A stretch of 52,944 nt of DNA. Origin: a virus (taxonomy: Duplodnaviria; Caudoviricetes). Within the stretch, counting starts at the first letter, position 1; each line of letters opens with the position of its first letter. Under the pieces are notes generated by a model. The model was not told the origin of the DNA. It did not search any database and saw only the letters and a program-made list of their open reading frames with translations. This document shows positions 18,608 through 28,561 of this stretch, one piece after another. The translations under genes and the position numbers were made by a program. The stretch covers positions 1 to 52,944 of IMG/VR virus record IMGVR_UViG_3300009678_000068; one strand, given 5' to 3'.

Positions 18608-18934
18608 TCAGGCCAGATACGACGGACGCACCAGGGAGGGCGGTACCGGGTCCTGCCCGGCGCGCGCCCGTTCCAGGGCGCGAGCTGGCACCCGCGCCGG
18701 CGGCTCCGTCGCGTTGAGTGGCGAGGGCAGACTGAGGAGCGTGTAGGCCTGCTCAATGGCGCGCCGCAGTCCCTCTTTGAGGCCCTGATAGTAGCGGTGA
18801 TCGCCCTGCACCGTGTCCAGGGTCTGACTCACCCTGCGGTAGTCCTGGGTCAGCACCTGATCGCGGTACTCACGCCAGGCACTCGAGCGCACCAGACGCT
18901 CCAGCAGCGCCAGATCGACGTCTCGCTCAGCCAT
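18608..18934 (-). CDS. Hypothetical protein, typical portal-adjacent helical protein
   Basis: GGAGG RBS; L..S.AW...YYQG...GL. Confidence 0.6.
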   Translation of the reverse strand: MAERDVDLALLERLVRSSAWREYRDQVLTQDYRRVSQTLDTVQGDHRYYQGLKEGLRRAIEQAYTLLSLPSPLNATEPPARVPARALERARAGQDPVPPSLVRPSYLA

Positions 18935-19163
18935 AGGCGCCTCCTGCCTCCCCCTCCAGGCGTTGATACCGCACCAACGCCTGCGGTTGCGCGGCCACAA
19001 ACGCGTCTTTATGCACATCGCACATGAGGCTATAGCCCGCATTCGTCCTGTTCTGGACCCGCCAGGCGACCTGGTTCGGACAAGGCAGACCCTCACGCCA
19101 GAAGGCCCAGCACGTCGTCGGCACCGCCTCCTCCTCGGAGAGTACACGGACCTGATGTCGCAT
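18927..19163 (-). CDS. Small Cys/His hypothetical protein
   Basis: C..C..CxxH; stop overlaps the next start. Confidence 0.45.
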   Translation of the reverse strand: MRHQVRVLSEEEAVPTTCWAFWREGLPCPNQVAWRVQNRTNAGYSLMCDVHKDAFVAAQPQALVRYQRLEGEAGGAYG

Positions 19164-19237
19164 CGCTTCCCCTTCATCCTTGCGCTGGCACCGCGTCTGG
19201 CGTATCCTGCCCTGGCCGGCTCTCGGAGAGTCGGCGC

Positions 19238-19465
19238 TCATTTCGTCCCCCGGTTGGCGGTGTGCGGGATGACGCCCTCCGGGGGTGACGGAGGACACAC
19301 CGCCTGCATCTGCTGCCGTACCGCCTCTTCCACCGCCGCGAGAGTCCCAGGCGCCAGCGGCCGGGGTTCAGCATCGGCCACATCAAGGCTCACCACCGCC
19401 ATATACTCCTCCGGCGCTACCTGGCGCCAGACATACCGCGCCTGCACGAGGATTGGAAGTCCCAT
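19238..19465 (-). CDS. Hypothetical protein
   Basis: Starts 4 nt after the portal stop. Confidence 0.45.
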   Translation of the reverse strand: MGLPILVQARYVWRQVAPEEYMAVVSLDVADAEPRPLAPGTLAAVEEAVRQQMQAVCPPSPPEGVIPHTANRGTK

Positions 19466-19468
19466 GGC

Positions 19469-21754
19469 TTACTCCGCAGCGGCGCCAGCTTCGGCGTCCT
19501 GCCCGTCCATCGCCAGCTTCTGAAACGCCTGGATCGCCTGTGCGGTCGCCCTGGCGGTGCGCATTTCTTCTTGCTGGCCACGCTGCCCCACGCGGTGTTG
19601 TTCCCCGGCTTCGAGGATGGCCTGTGTCTCAGGGCCGGGTCCCTGCGGCTGCGGCGGTGGGGCGTTCGCTGCGGCCTGTATCTGCGCCTGCGCCGCCGCC
19701 TGCTGCATTTTCGCCTGCTCCATTTGCTGCTCCTGCATGGTCTGCTGGAGGAGGACCTGCGTAAAGCGCAGCTGGGTTTCCAGATGCGCGATGGCTGGCG
19801 GATAGAGCTGGTTAAAGTTCTTCTGGCCGTTGATTTCCCACATGCGCTTGAGCAGGAGCCTGGCACCAATGGGATAGCGCTCGATGAGGAGCGGCAGCAT
19901 TTGTCCCCCCAGCTGCATGACCACCTGCCGGTCAAACGGCAGCTCGGGATTCATCGTGAGGCGCAGCACGTAGGACCCTTCGAGGTCTTCTTTGCTGACT
20001 TCTTCCTCCAGGAGGTGTTCCGCTTCGGGCTCGAACAGTGATTCTGCGCCAGGGGGGAGCGGCGCCGTCCCTGCCACGTCTGGAGACACCGCGCCACCCA
20101 TGCCCGCCAAGCCGAGCGCCTCAACGCCCGGAAGCGCCGCGCCATTGCCACCCATGCCTGCCAAGCCGGCCATGTCTGGACGCGCCGCGCCACCCAGACC
20201 AGGCGATGTTCCGTTCAGCGCCAGATCCGGTGCCTGCGCAAACGGGGCTGCTTCGTCGAACAGCGGCCCATGCGCCGGCAGGGCGCGAGGCGTCTGACGA
20301 GGACGCACGCGTTTGAGTGGGACTTTCAAGCCGGGGGGAATAAAATACTGCCACAAGCGCCAATGAAAATCGAGTGGCGCAGAGTACTGTGCCCCTAAGT
20401 GGTCCACCAGGTCGCTGAACGCCTCCCGACTCTGTTGCAGGAGCAGCATGGTGCCGCCCATAGTCCGCGGCGCGTTCGGCCTGGTCGGCTGGCGCCCCAG
20501 GGAGATATCGGAGACGTGCAGGTCCGCTTCGATTTCGGCGCCCCAGCCCTGCATTTGCTCCATGAAGTGCCGGTTCAGCGAGGCACGCGGGGAAAACGTC
20601 ACCCCGCCCACATCGTTGACGGGGACACCCTGGCCAGGCATGACTTGCCGGAGATCTGGCAGCTCGCCGGTGAGCATCGCGTTGTAAAAGAAAAACGGCA
20701 GGATACTCACGTCCCCGTAGTTGATGGTTTGCTCCGCGAGCCGGTTGAGCATATCTTGCGGCGTTCTGGCCCTCTCTGGCACCGCCATGCCTCTGAGCTG
20801 GCGTGGTTGCGCCCAGACCGTGACGGAGAAAAACGGGCGCGTGGGGATCGGCTGATTCGGGAACAAATCGGTGAGAGACAGCACCCGGCCTAAGCACTCA
20901 TCGTCGTCCACATCGGGATACCACGACACCACCAGGTCGTCTTCCGGGTCTTGCTCCGGGTCATCGAGGACAAAGCGCTCATACATCTCCACCACTTTGT
21001 ATTCCTCGTGGGGCTCCGGGACTTGATGCCCCTCGCGCTCCGATTCGGTGCGCTCGCGTTCCGTGAGCGCACGGGCGACGGGCTTGAGGGTGTCTTTGTC
21101 AGGCACGCGGAAGCCCTGGGCTTTCTTGCGCACCAGATCGTCCCAGCGCACCCAGAGTTCCTGGCCAAAATACTCCGCGTTCGGGTACTGACACCCGGTC
21201 GCCCCAGGCGGAATAATCAGCGTGCCCTCATCGACGTTGTCGATCCGAATCATGGTATCGGGCTGCACGTTATTCCAGGGCAGGCGCCACGGATAGACCT
21301 TGAGAAATCCCGTGGAGTCGAGCAGGGCGTCGAACAAGGCCATTTTGCCGATATGCGCCCAGCCGCCCTGGTCGGCGTCGTTGATGGCGTGGCGCAGGGT
21401 CCAGCGCTCCAGTTGCGTGACGCGCTGGAAGCGGTCCAGGGCGGGTTCGTTGAGCGGGTCAAGGTCGAGCGATTCATAGCCGGGGAAAATCGCGCGCCAT
21501 AAGTCACCCCAGATTTTTTCCATCGTCCGGCGGGTATGGGACGTAAAGAGGCGCGGCGCGCCGGGCCACGGGCCGGCGGGACGCAGGGTCCAGTCGCTCA
21601 GGTAGCGGCGGTAATGATCATCATGGCGCGTCGGCCAGTCGCCACGCCCGGCGATGCCCTTGTCGTAGTGGTCGCGCAGCTGCTTCACCAGGCGCGTGCG
21701 CTGGCGCCGATTGAGGCGTATCGAGGTGAGCTGGCCCGCATCAGAGATCGGCAT
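19469..21754 (-). CDS. Portal protein (P22-like) with Gln-rich C-terminal barrel
   Basis: Follows terL; DALL..TGFLKV, G.AVPE....QD.LN and TMGG..LL motifs; Q/A-rich tail. Confidence 0.85.
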   Translation of the reverse strand: MPISDAGQLTSIRLNRRQRTRLVKQLRDHYDKGIAGRGDWPTRHDDHYRRYLSDWTLRPAGPWPGAPRLFTSHTRRTMEKIWGDLWRAIFPGYESLDLDPLNEPALDRFQRVTQLERWTLRHAINDADQGGWAHIGKMALFDALLDSTGFLKVYPWRLPWNNVQPDTMIRIDNVDEGTLIIPPGATGCQYPNAEYFGQELWVRWDDLVRKKAQGFRVPDKDTLKPVARALTERERTESEREGHQVPEPHEEYKVVEMYERFVLDDPEQDPEDDLVVSWYPDVDDDECLGRVLSLTDLFPNQPIPTRPFFSVTVWAQPRQLRGMAVPERARTPQDMLNRLAEQTINYGDVSILPFFFYNAMLTGELPDLRQVMPGQGVPVNDVGGVTFSPRASLNRHFMEQMQGWGAEIEADLHVSDISLGRQPTRPNAPRTMGGTMLLLQQSREAFSDLVDHLGAQYSAPLDFHWRLWQYFIPPGLKVPLKRVRPRQTPRALPAHGPLFDEAAPFAQAPDLALNGTSPGLGGAARPDMAGLAGMGGNGAALPGVEALGLAGMGGAVSPDVAGTAPLPPGAESLFEPEAEHLLEEEVSKEDLEGSYVLRLTMNPELPFDRQVVMQLGGQMLPLLIERYPIGARLLLKRMWEINGQKNFNQLYPPAIAHLETQLRFTQVLLQQTMQEQQMEQAKMQQAAAQAQIQAAANAPPPQPQGPGPETQAILEAGEQHRVGQRGQQEEMRTARATAQAIQAFQKLAMDGQDAEAGAAAE

Positions 21755-21756
21755 AC

Positions 21757-22125
21757 TCAGGCTTCCTGTGGCGCATAGGCGCAGGTGCAGCACCCCAGCC
21801 GCGCCAGGTGGTCAATGTCATCGAGCAAGTCACACACGCCGGCTTCGCCGGTCAGTGCTGCCAGCACCATACGCAGGCGGGAACACGACGCACAGGTCGG
21901 GCCAGGACGCCAGACCGTCATCATGCGGTCGCGCCAGTCATCGCCCGGTCTCCGCGCACAGAGGTAGCCATTCTCGCTGCGCTCGTGGACCGCCCGTCCG
22001 GTGCGCGGGTCGAGGGAAAAGACCGGACGCGGGCCAGACGCGGAGAGCGCTGGGGCCGGCGCAGGGGTCGGCTCCAGGTCTGGCACGCGCGCTGGCCGCG
22101 GCGCGCGCCGCTTGCGTGGGGGCAT
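21757..22125 (-). CDS. Zn-binding hypothetical protein
   Basis: AGGAG RBS; MPPRKRR..., several Cys motifs. Confidence 0.5.
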   Translation of the reverse strand: MPPRKRRAPRPARVPDLEPTPAPAPALSASGPRPVFSLDPRTGRAVHERSENGYLCARRPGDDWRDRMMTVWRPGPTCASCSRLRMVLAALTGEAGVCDLLDDIDHLARLGCCTCAYAPQEA

Positions 22126-22126
22126 A

Positions 22127-24700
22127 TCAGGCTCCTGTCCCATGCACCACCCGGAGACGGGAATCACGGTGCATCTGCGAGACTTTGCGGCGCCATTTTT
22201 CCTGCGTCGAGAGGGCCAGCTCGCGCCGGGTGAGCATGGCGCAGCCGTACGCAAAGGCTTCCCCGACGTCACTGTTGCCGGTGAGAAAGACCAGGCCATT
22301 GCGACGCGCAATCCAGGCGCCAGTCCCCGTGGTCGGACACCAGACCATTGGCACCGTCGTTTCTGTGCGTGCGCACTTGTCAATCGCCGCATAGTCCCCA
22401 CGTCTGATGAGCGTAATAAACCACTGGTCATTCCACAGAAGCCCTTGCTCCCTACGGACTTTTTCCTTACTCGCTTTGTGCACATGGCTGCGAATGCCAG
22501 CCAGGCTCGCCATATGCTGGTACGCATCGGCTTCGGCCTCAGACGAGGTCGACAGCACAAACGCACGCGGACTCTTCCACATCTGCAAGCGATCCGAAAA
22601 ATCCGTCAACACTGGCAAGATGGTGGCCCAGGCCCCATCCCCTTTTTCCGCTTCATAGAGAAAGAGGCGCATCTGTCCAGCGCTCATCTGGGCAATAAAC
22701 GCCCCTGAAGGATATTTGTTCGGCATCCATTGCCGGATAAGCAAAGCGAGTTCGCGATGCAGATACCACGTAGCCACAGGCGCCCTGGTTTTTCCGTAGG
22801 GCTCCCATCCTTTGGTCCGATGCATCCCGGTAGGAAACCACGCAGCTAACTCATCGAGTTGTCTGACATACTCGGCATTGCGCCCGGTCGATTGACCGAT
22901 AACAACACTGCCGTTAGGACGATAGTGTCCTTCCGTGGCTACCCACGCACACAGACGGATAAACTCATCAGAAAACTCGCGGTCTTTCCCATGACGCAAT
23001 GTCGACGCACGGACAGCGGCACATGCAACATAGTGGGCGGTATTGAGGTCTGCGGCTTCGACAAATTCAGGGTCACCATAGTTCGTCCATTTTTTCCCAT
23101 TCGGCCGTCTATGCACGTGTTTATGGCGCACGACACAACGATGCGTCGGCGTCACCATCATATCCAGGCTCTGGCTCTGCCAGTGGATGACCGGCGTCTC
23201 TTCGTCATACACCTGCACGTATTTCAGCACATCGGGCATGATCTTGTGGCGAAGCGCGTCATAGCCATAGACCGCCTCGCCCTCACGAAGCTGCCCCACG
23301 CGCTTCCAGCCATCATACGTCAGCATTTCCGTCTGGGAATCGACACATGCCTGGCTTTTCACCCAGCGTTCCTTGATGATACGACCCGTCGTGTCTCGAC
23401 CATAATGCCAACCACCTTGCAGCGCCTGAATCAGCACCTTGCTATGGCGCCGATCGATGCGAATCCAGGGCCGGCCGTTGTGGTAGCGATTCAGGCAGTC
23501 ATGCATCGGCAACCGGCGATCTTCGATGGAGACCGGGCCTGGCACCCACTGCTCGCCGCCCATCAGATCGATAATCACGCGCGCCGCGGACATGGCGGAA
23601 TCGCTCTGGTCTTCGTTCGTGGTATTCGGGTCTCCGGTATGGATAAACGTCACCTCATCCGGGACGTAGAGCGCCAACCAGGGCCGGATGGTCTTTTCAA
23701 TGAGCTGTTTGACGCCCATGTTGACACCCTGGAACGCCGCAATAATATCACAAAATCCGCCCGGCCGAACACGCCAGAGGATGCAGGCCGGCGAGTGTTT
23801 GGGATCCCAACTCGTAATCAGGCGCTCGCCCGCCTGCACCGGGGGGACCGCATCCACCAGGTGTTCTGGTCGGAAGTTCGAGGCCACCGGCTCGCCAATT
23901 TTGACGTTGCCGACTTTGCCCTCGACCAGGCGGGCCACCAGGTCCGCACGCCCCAGGGCCAGGAGCATATCGCGGTTGCGCTCGCGGTAGCCGGGGGTTT
24001 TGAGGTCTAAATGGTGATTTTCGCCCTTGGGAATTAAAAACACTTCGGACTGCTGGCGTATGCGCTCGATCGCGTCCTGGCGCTCACTATCCCAATCGGT
24101 CGGTTCGGCACCGGGAAGATTCCAGGTCTGCGCCGTCCAGTCCGAGCCATCCGGGGGATTTTCGGCAATGATCACCAGGGGCTGGGCGCTTTTGCGCATG
24201 GACGTGACGGCGATCGCGAGGGCGTCCCCAGGAATCCCGCCTGAGATATCTGCAGCAGGCGCCGGCTCCTCCATCCACACCCCGTCGCACTCAAACGACT
24301 GGAATTTCGAGTAGTCACGCGGGTTGTCGCAGCCAAAGAAGAAAAATTCGACCACCGGGGCCTGGTCCGGGTGCAAGCGGATCTGACAATACTCTGGCTC
24401 CAGATCCTTGCCGACCCAAAAGCTCGCCAGACCCTCCGGGAACCATTCTTTGATCGTCGCCGCGGTGGTGAGCCCGAGATTGCGTCTCGTATCACGCAGG
24501 GCAGCGAACTTGAGCGGCCAGCGCGCAGGATCTTGTTTCTGCGCGTGCGTCACGATGGTCATGAGCGATCCACTCGATTTGCCTTCGCCCCTCCCTGACA
24601 CCAGCAGTCGGAAAATAGCCTGCGAACGCATACACCGCGCAATAGTAGGCGTTGGGGTATAAATCTTGACCTGGCCAGGAACATCGACGAGATTATCCAT
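22127..24700 (-). CDS. terL: Terminase large subunit with intein
   Basis: Walker A SGRGEGKS, Walker B GVWMEE, coupling motif ENPP, nuclease WDP, GDP and SDVGEA. Confidence 0.92.
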   Translation of the reverse strand: MDNLVDVPGQVKIYTPTPTIARCMRSQAIFRLLVSGRGEGKSSGSLMTIVTHAQKQDPARWPLKFAALRDTRRNLGLTTAATIKEWFPEGLASFWVGKDLEPEYCQIRLHPDQAPVVEFFFFGCDNPRDYSKFQSFECDGVWMEEPAPAADISGGIPGDALAIAVTSMRKSAQPLVIIAENPPDGSDWTAQTWNLPGAEPTDWDSERQDAIERIRQQSEVFLIPKGENHHLDLKTPGYRERNRDMLLALGRADLVARLVEGKVGNVKIGEPVASNFRPEHLVDAVPPVQAGERLITSWDPKHSPACILWRVRPGGFCDIIAAFQGVNMGVKQLIEKTIRPWLALYVPDEVTFIHTGDPNTTNEDQSDSAMSAARVIIDLMGGEQWVPGPVSIEDRRLPMHDCLNRYHNGRPWIRIDRRHSKVLIQALQGGWHYGRDTTGRIIKERWVKSQACVDSQTEMLTYDGWKRVGQLREGEAVYGYDALRHKIMPDVLKYVQVYDEETPVIHWQSQSLDMMVTPTHRCVVRHKHVHRRPNGKKWTNYGDPEFVEAADLNTAHYVACAAVRASTLRHGKDREFSDEFIRLCAWVATEGHYRPNGSVVIGQSTGRNAEYVRQLDELAAWFPTGMHRTKGWEPYGKTRAPVATWYLHRELALLIRQWMPNKYPSGAFIAQMSAGQMRLFLYEAEKGDGAWATILPVLTDFSDRLQMWKSPRAFVLSTSSEAEADAYQHMASLAGIRSHVHKASKEKVRREQGLLWNDQWFITLIRRGDYAAIDKCARTETTVPMVWCPTTGTGAWIARRNGLVFLTGNSDVGEAFAYGCAMLTRRELALSTQEKWRRKVSQMHRDSRLRVVHGTGA
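22274..23347 (-). mobile_element. Intein (358 aa) with LAGLIDADG-like endonuclease region
   Basis: N-terminus CVDSQTEMLTYDGWK, block B VTPTH, WVATEG, C-terminus WIARRNG...TGN followed by Ser. Confidence 0.92.
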
Positions 24701-24705
24701 AACTA

Positions 24706-24735
24706 ATTGTACCTAGAGTTTTGTACCCTAAGCAA
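24706..24735 (-). promoter_or_regulatory. terL promoter (shared motif); probably a leaderless transcript
   Basis: TTGCTT-18 nt-TACAAT, 5 nt before the ATG, with no SD. Confidence 0.7.
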
Positions 24736-24811
24736 ATGAACTATGCAACAAACAGAGGGGCACGATGGGGGGAGAGCACTGAGCATACGCCAGGACTGGT
24801 TTGAGCGCAAC

Positions 24812-25075
24812 TTAGTCGGCAGAGAGGGCGTCCCACCCGAGACGCAGAAACACCCGCACAGCGGCTTCGGCGGCTGCGCGCCGGGTCAGTCCGTCCGGGT
24901 CGCCTTCGGTCGCGCCCGGCACATAGCAGGAGCAGCGGCGCTCCAGGTGCGCCACCGAGCCGATCACCTGCCTGAGCGCACAGGCGCGGTGCGCGCGCGG
25001 CCCGTTGGCGTAGGTGTAGCGGGATTCGGCAGGCAGGATGACTTCGTCACACCAGATGCAGGGGGTCTGGCGCAT
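24812..25075 (-). CDS. Small Cys/His hypothetical protein
   Basis: CIWC..HRAC..H..CSC. Confidence 0.5.
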   Translation of the reverse strand: MRQTPCIWCDEVILPAESRYTYANGPRAHRACALRQVIGSVAHLERRCSCYVPGATEGDPDGLTRRAAAEAAVRVFLRLGWDALSAD

Positions 25076-25502
25076 CGCCCTCTCCTCGCGCCGGCGCATC
25101 ATGGGTGAGCGCCAGGTAGCGCTGTTTCCAGGGCCCACAGGAGGACGTGCGGGCGCTTTCGTGCGCGGCCTGCTGCGGGGTATATTTGGTGCGCTCCTGC
25201 ACGCGCAGTTTGCGGTAGTAGAGCGCGCGGTCGGTCGTGCAGCGCACGCGCTCGCCCTGGTAGATCCCCACAAACAGACACTCCCCGTCCCGTTCCACCC
25301 AGGCGTGGGCAAAGCGGCTGGCCTCCCCTGGCATGAGACAGATGGCGTGCACGAGCTTGAGCTGCGCCGGTGGCACGTGCTCCTCCGTGAGCAGGGACAC
25401 GAGCAACTCGATGGCATCGTCAAAGCACTGCCCGGTGGGATAAATCAGCTGCTCGATCTGGCGGTCGCCCTCGAGGGGATCGCCCACAGGCAGAGACTCC
25501 AC
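25047..25502 (-). CDS. Papain/transglutaminase-like hypothetical protein
   Basis: GQCFDDA...LVHA...HAWVE. Confidence 0.5.
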   Translation of the reverse strand: MESLPVGDPLEGDRQIEQLIYPTGQCFDDAIELLVSLLTEEHVPPAQLKLVHAICLMPGEASRFAHAWVERDGECLFVGIYQGERVRCTTDRALYYRKLRVQERTKYTPQQAAHESARTSSCGPWKQRYLALTHDAPARGEGDAPDPLHLV

Positions 25503-25551
25503 GCGTCGTCCTCCCGGCATGCAGGGTGATGAGCCCTGGGCGCCCGTGCCG

Positions 25552-25773
25552 TCACTGCCGCTGGTAGCCCTTCGCCTCCATACAGGCGATATACACGCGG
25601 TCTTTCGCCCCCTGGTTGATGACGTGCATATCCGACGTCGGCGCGACGCGGCTGGCGTCCACCTCGCAGGCATAATTATCCCGCGCATACGCCTCCGGGG
25701 TCATCCCCGGTTTACTCCAGGTGACCGTACAGGCCGCGCAACCCAGGAGCACCACGAGACACCATCCACCCAT
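25552..25773 (-). CDS. Small lipoprotein
   Basis: Signal ending AAC; W.KPG...D...C...CMEAKGY. Confidence 0.6.
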   Translation of the reverse strand: MGGWCLVVLLGCAACTVTWSKPGMTPEAYARDNYACEVDASRVAPTSDMHVINQGAKDRVYIACMEAKGYQRQ

Positions 25774-25783
25774 GCGCCAACGC

Positions 25784-26086
25784 TTAGCCATGCGTGTCCT
25801 CCTGCTGCTGCTTCCACACGTCGTACATGGCAAGGTGCGCTTGCGTGGCTTCCAGGTCGATGCGCTCGTCCTCTGGCAGCTGCGCCACCTCCTGCGGGGT
25901 CAGCACGCGGTAGCCACCGATCGTCGTGAGTTCGAGCACGCTGCGGCACTGGATGCACACGCTCAGGTCGCCTGGTTCCGGCACCCCAGGTTCGACAATC
26001 CCCCCGGCCTGCGCCAGGGCATTGAGGGGATGGCCACACCGCGGACAGACCGTCTCGCTATGGCGGTAGAGAATGGGTTCAGCCAT
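25784..26086 (-). CDS. Zn-finger hypothetical protein
   Basis: CPRCG...PEPGD.SVCIQC. Confidence 0.6.
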   Translation of the reverse strand: MAEPILYRHSETVCPRCGHPLNALAQAGGIVEPGVPEPGDLSVCIQCRSVLELTTIGGYRVLTPQEVAQLPEDERIDLEATQAHLAMYDVWKQQQEDTHG

Positions 26087-26633
26087 GCGTGACCTCCGGG
26101 GGCAGCAGGCGCCGTTTCCTGCGCCGTATGGTGGACAGACGCGGGGAAGCAGGCCAGACGCGGTCTGGCGCTTCGCCCTGCCAGGGCTCTCTGAGCAGCG
26201 GATAGCGCCGCTTGTAGTCTTCGAGAATGGTCCCATCGAACTCCCAGGTCGCCTCGTCGGCACGCTCAGGACTGAACGGCACGCCCACGTAGGCCAGGCC
26301 AAGCGTCGGACGCCAGGTGACATCGATGACACGGCCCTGGGGGTCCAGGTTCCAGGCATGGTGCAGGGCGATCGCCGTCTCCCCCAGCCCCAGGAGCGCA
26401 TATCCCTCGATATAGGGCAGGTCGTAGAGGATGGCGACATGGATGGCGTTGTCAAAACAGCAGCGCGGGCGCCCCTCCCACATGCCAGGCGGGACCGGAT
26501 GCGGCGCAGACCACACCCCGTGGACGAGGACAAAGCGCTGCGGGGAACTATAGCACCAGCCCCGCTGCTGCTGCAGCCGCACCAGGTCCATGCCTTCGAG
26601 TTGCTGCCGTAGCTCGTGTTCTGCCGGCCGCAT
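26079..26633 (-). CDS. Papain/transglutaminase-like hypothetical protein
   Basis: CFDNA...YIEGYA...HAWN...VIDVTW (Cys-His-Asp). Confidence 0.6.
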   Translation of the reverse strand: MRPAEHELRQQLEGMDLVRLQQQRGWCYSSPQRFVLVHGVWSAPHPVPPGMWEGRPRCCFDNAIHVAILYDLPYIEGYALLGLGETAIALHHAWNLDPQGRVIDVTWRPTLGLAYVGVPFSPERADEATWEFDGTILEDYKRRYPLLREPWQGEAPDRVWPASPRLSTIRRRKRRLLPPEVTHG

Positions 26634-26641
26634 ACGCCTCC

Positions 26642-27235
26642 CTAGCCATGCAGCTCAGGTCCCGGCGCGCGCAGGGCAACCAGCGTGCGCAGGTACGCGC
26701 TCCAGGCGACATCGAGGGTCGAAAAATCCATCTGCATGGTCTCCCCGGCGTGCTCGATATGCCACGCCCTGGTGGCCCGCACGCGTGCCGTTTTGTCGCG
26801 CAGGATCTGACTCTGCGCAAACGCCTTGCGCCCGTCCAACGTTTTGCCCTGCACCAGCATGACTTCCTGCTTATCGTCGTACGTCTCGACCAGGCGCCCG
26901 GCCCGTGCGGCGAGTTCCTCTGGCGTAAACGCCCGCGTCCAGGCACAGGTGGCAAAGACCAGGGCGAGCACCTGCCAGCCATCCGTCGCCCATTTGACCC
27001 CTAAGTCGTGCAGCACCTGGCGCCGCACGTCCCACTCGTTAAAGTTCTCGATCTCTAGAAGCATAAGCCCTATGGCGCGCGTGCCGTCCTCCTGGAGCCA
27101 GTGCACTTCGAGGACCGGCGTCGGATCACCACGTGCGCCTCGTTTGGGCAGAAACCGCCCCAGCGCCCCTGCCTGCCAGAGGTCGAACCACTGCCGGTCC
27201 GGGAACAGCTGCTTGACCGCGTCGTCTGCATCCAC
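26642..27235 (-). CDS. Hypothetical protein
   Basis: AAGGAG RBS; coupled with neighbouring ORFs. Confidence 0.6.
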   Translation of the reverse strand: MDADDAVKQLFPDRQWFDLWQAGALGRFLPKRGARGDPTPVLEVHWLQEDGTRAIGLMLLEIENFNEWDVRRQVLHDLGVKWATDGWQVLALVFATCAWTRAFTPEELAARAGRLVETYDDKQEVMLVQGKTLDGRKAFAQSQILRDKTARVRATRAWHIEHAGETMQMDFSTLDVAWSAYLRTLVALRAPGPELHG

Positions 27236-27627
27236 TACGGCTCCTTGGGGACAGGACGTGCCACGCCGTCGTGCGCCTGCACCCCCTCCAGCCAGGAGGC
27301 ATGCCCGGCTGCGGCCTGCTCCCAGGTGTGGTAGCGCGCCAGCACCTGCGCGTGGTCACCCGTGCGGAAGAGACAGGTCTCAAACAACTCCGGCAACGCC
27401 CCCTCCTCCCTGTCGCGGGGATGGTGCACCGCGACCCCGAGAAACACGGTGGAGAGTTCCCAGGTCTCGCCGTCATCATGCGCCACGTGGCGATCCGTCT
27501 GCTCATACCAGGCCATGAAGGTCAAAAAGTCCGTCGCCTTGACCGGCGTGTGCCCGTCCAGCACATAATGCGGAAACGTCTCCGTCATGAGCTGATTGAG
27601 CTTCTCCAGGGCTTCCTCTTCAGTCAT
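27235..27627 (-). CDS. Conserved phage hypothetical protein
   Basis: STVFLG..H.......LFET..F...RY.TWE.A.AGH motif. Confidence 0.65.
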   Translation of the reverse strand: MTEEEALEKLNQLMTETFPHYVLDGHTPVKATDFLTFMAWYEQTDRHVAHDDGETWELSTVFLGVAVHHPRDREEGALPELFETCLFRTGDHAQVLARYHTWEQAAAGHASWLEGVQAHDGVARPVPKEP

Positions 27628-27896
27628 CCTCGCCTCCCCTTCGCCTCTGGTAGCGGGGACGGGGCCAGCAGGTGCGCCCGACAGACCGGCGCCAGCGGCA
27701 GATGCACCTTGCCCGACTGCGCCAGCGTAAACATGCCTGGCTTCATACTCTGCGCCTGAAACGACACCAGCATCGTCCAGTGATGCTTCGAGCGCTTGCC
27801 ACACTCGGCACAGGGCACCGCCTGCGTGTAGCGCAGAAACGTCACTAACTGCGTCATTTCCGCCGAAAACATCGTGTTGGGTTTCGCCGCCATGAA
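27624..27896 (-). CDS. Zn-binding hypothetical protein
   Basis: CAECG..VCRAH; start uncertain. Confidence 0.4.
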   Translation of the reverse strand, partial: FMAAKPNTMFSAEMTQLVTFLRYTQAVPCAECGKRSKHHWTMLVSFQAQSMKPGMFTLAQSGKVHLPLAPVCRAHLLAPSPLPEAKGRRG

Positions 27897-28135
27897 CTGC
27901 ACCATGACGGGAAGCGGGCCTTCTGCTCCCTCGACCGTTGCTTCTGGCTCAGCCACCAGCCTTCTCCTTCGCTGCCTGGCCCGCATCGTGGAGGCGGATC
28001 ACCAGCACCACGCTACACCAGGCGCGCTGCGTCTCCGGGAACAACATCGACCACGACGGATGCCACCAGGGATCGCGCACGGCACAGTACGCCTCATAGG
28101 CCATACGCGCCACAGCTTCAATGTCGCCCTCTGAC

Positions 28136-28561
28136 TCAGCCACGGCGTCGCTCCTTGCCCTGATACGCCCGGCGTTGCTCCAGGCGCTCCCCACGTCCCT
28201 TGTAGATATACTGCGAGTTGAGGCGATAGGTCGCCGGGATTTCCCCCTGCTTGACGCGGAGCACAATCCCTAACTGATCCAGGTCCCGCAACAGCCGTGA
28301 CACCGCTTGTGGCGCCATCCCCAGCGCGCCCCCAACTTCGGCTTGCCGGATCACCAGGTCCTGCGCAAACGTCACACAGCTCATCATATACGCCAGCACC
28401 CGCCAGTGCGCCCCCTTGAGCCGCCGATCACACGCCATCTGCCGCAGATGCCCCTGAAACACCCAGACCCATTCCTCCGCACGACGTGGCTTGCGTCGCC
28501 CGGATACCTGCGCTATAGTGCCAGTACTTCCTTCACCCGCCAGCGCCGTAGGCTTATTCAT
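28136..28561 (-). CDS. Winged-HTH protein (RepL/MarR-like)
   Basis: RQAEVGGALGMAPQAVSRLLRDL..GIV...YRLNSQYIYKG. Confidence 0.7.
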   Translation of the reverse strand: MNKPTALAGEGSTGTIAQVSGRRKPRRAEEWVWVFQGHLRQMACDRRLKGAHWRVLAYMMSCVTFAQDLVIRQAEVGGALGMAPQAVSRLLRDLDQLGIVLRVKQGEIPATYRLNSQYIYKGRGERLEQRRAYQGKERRRG

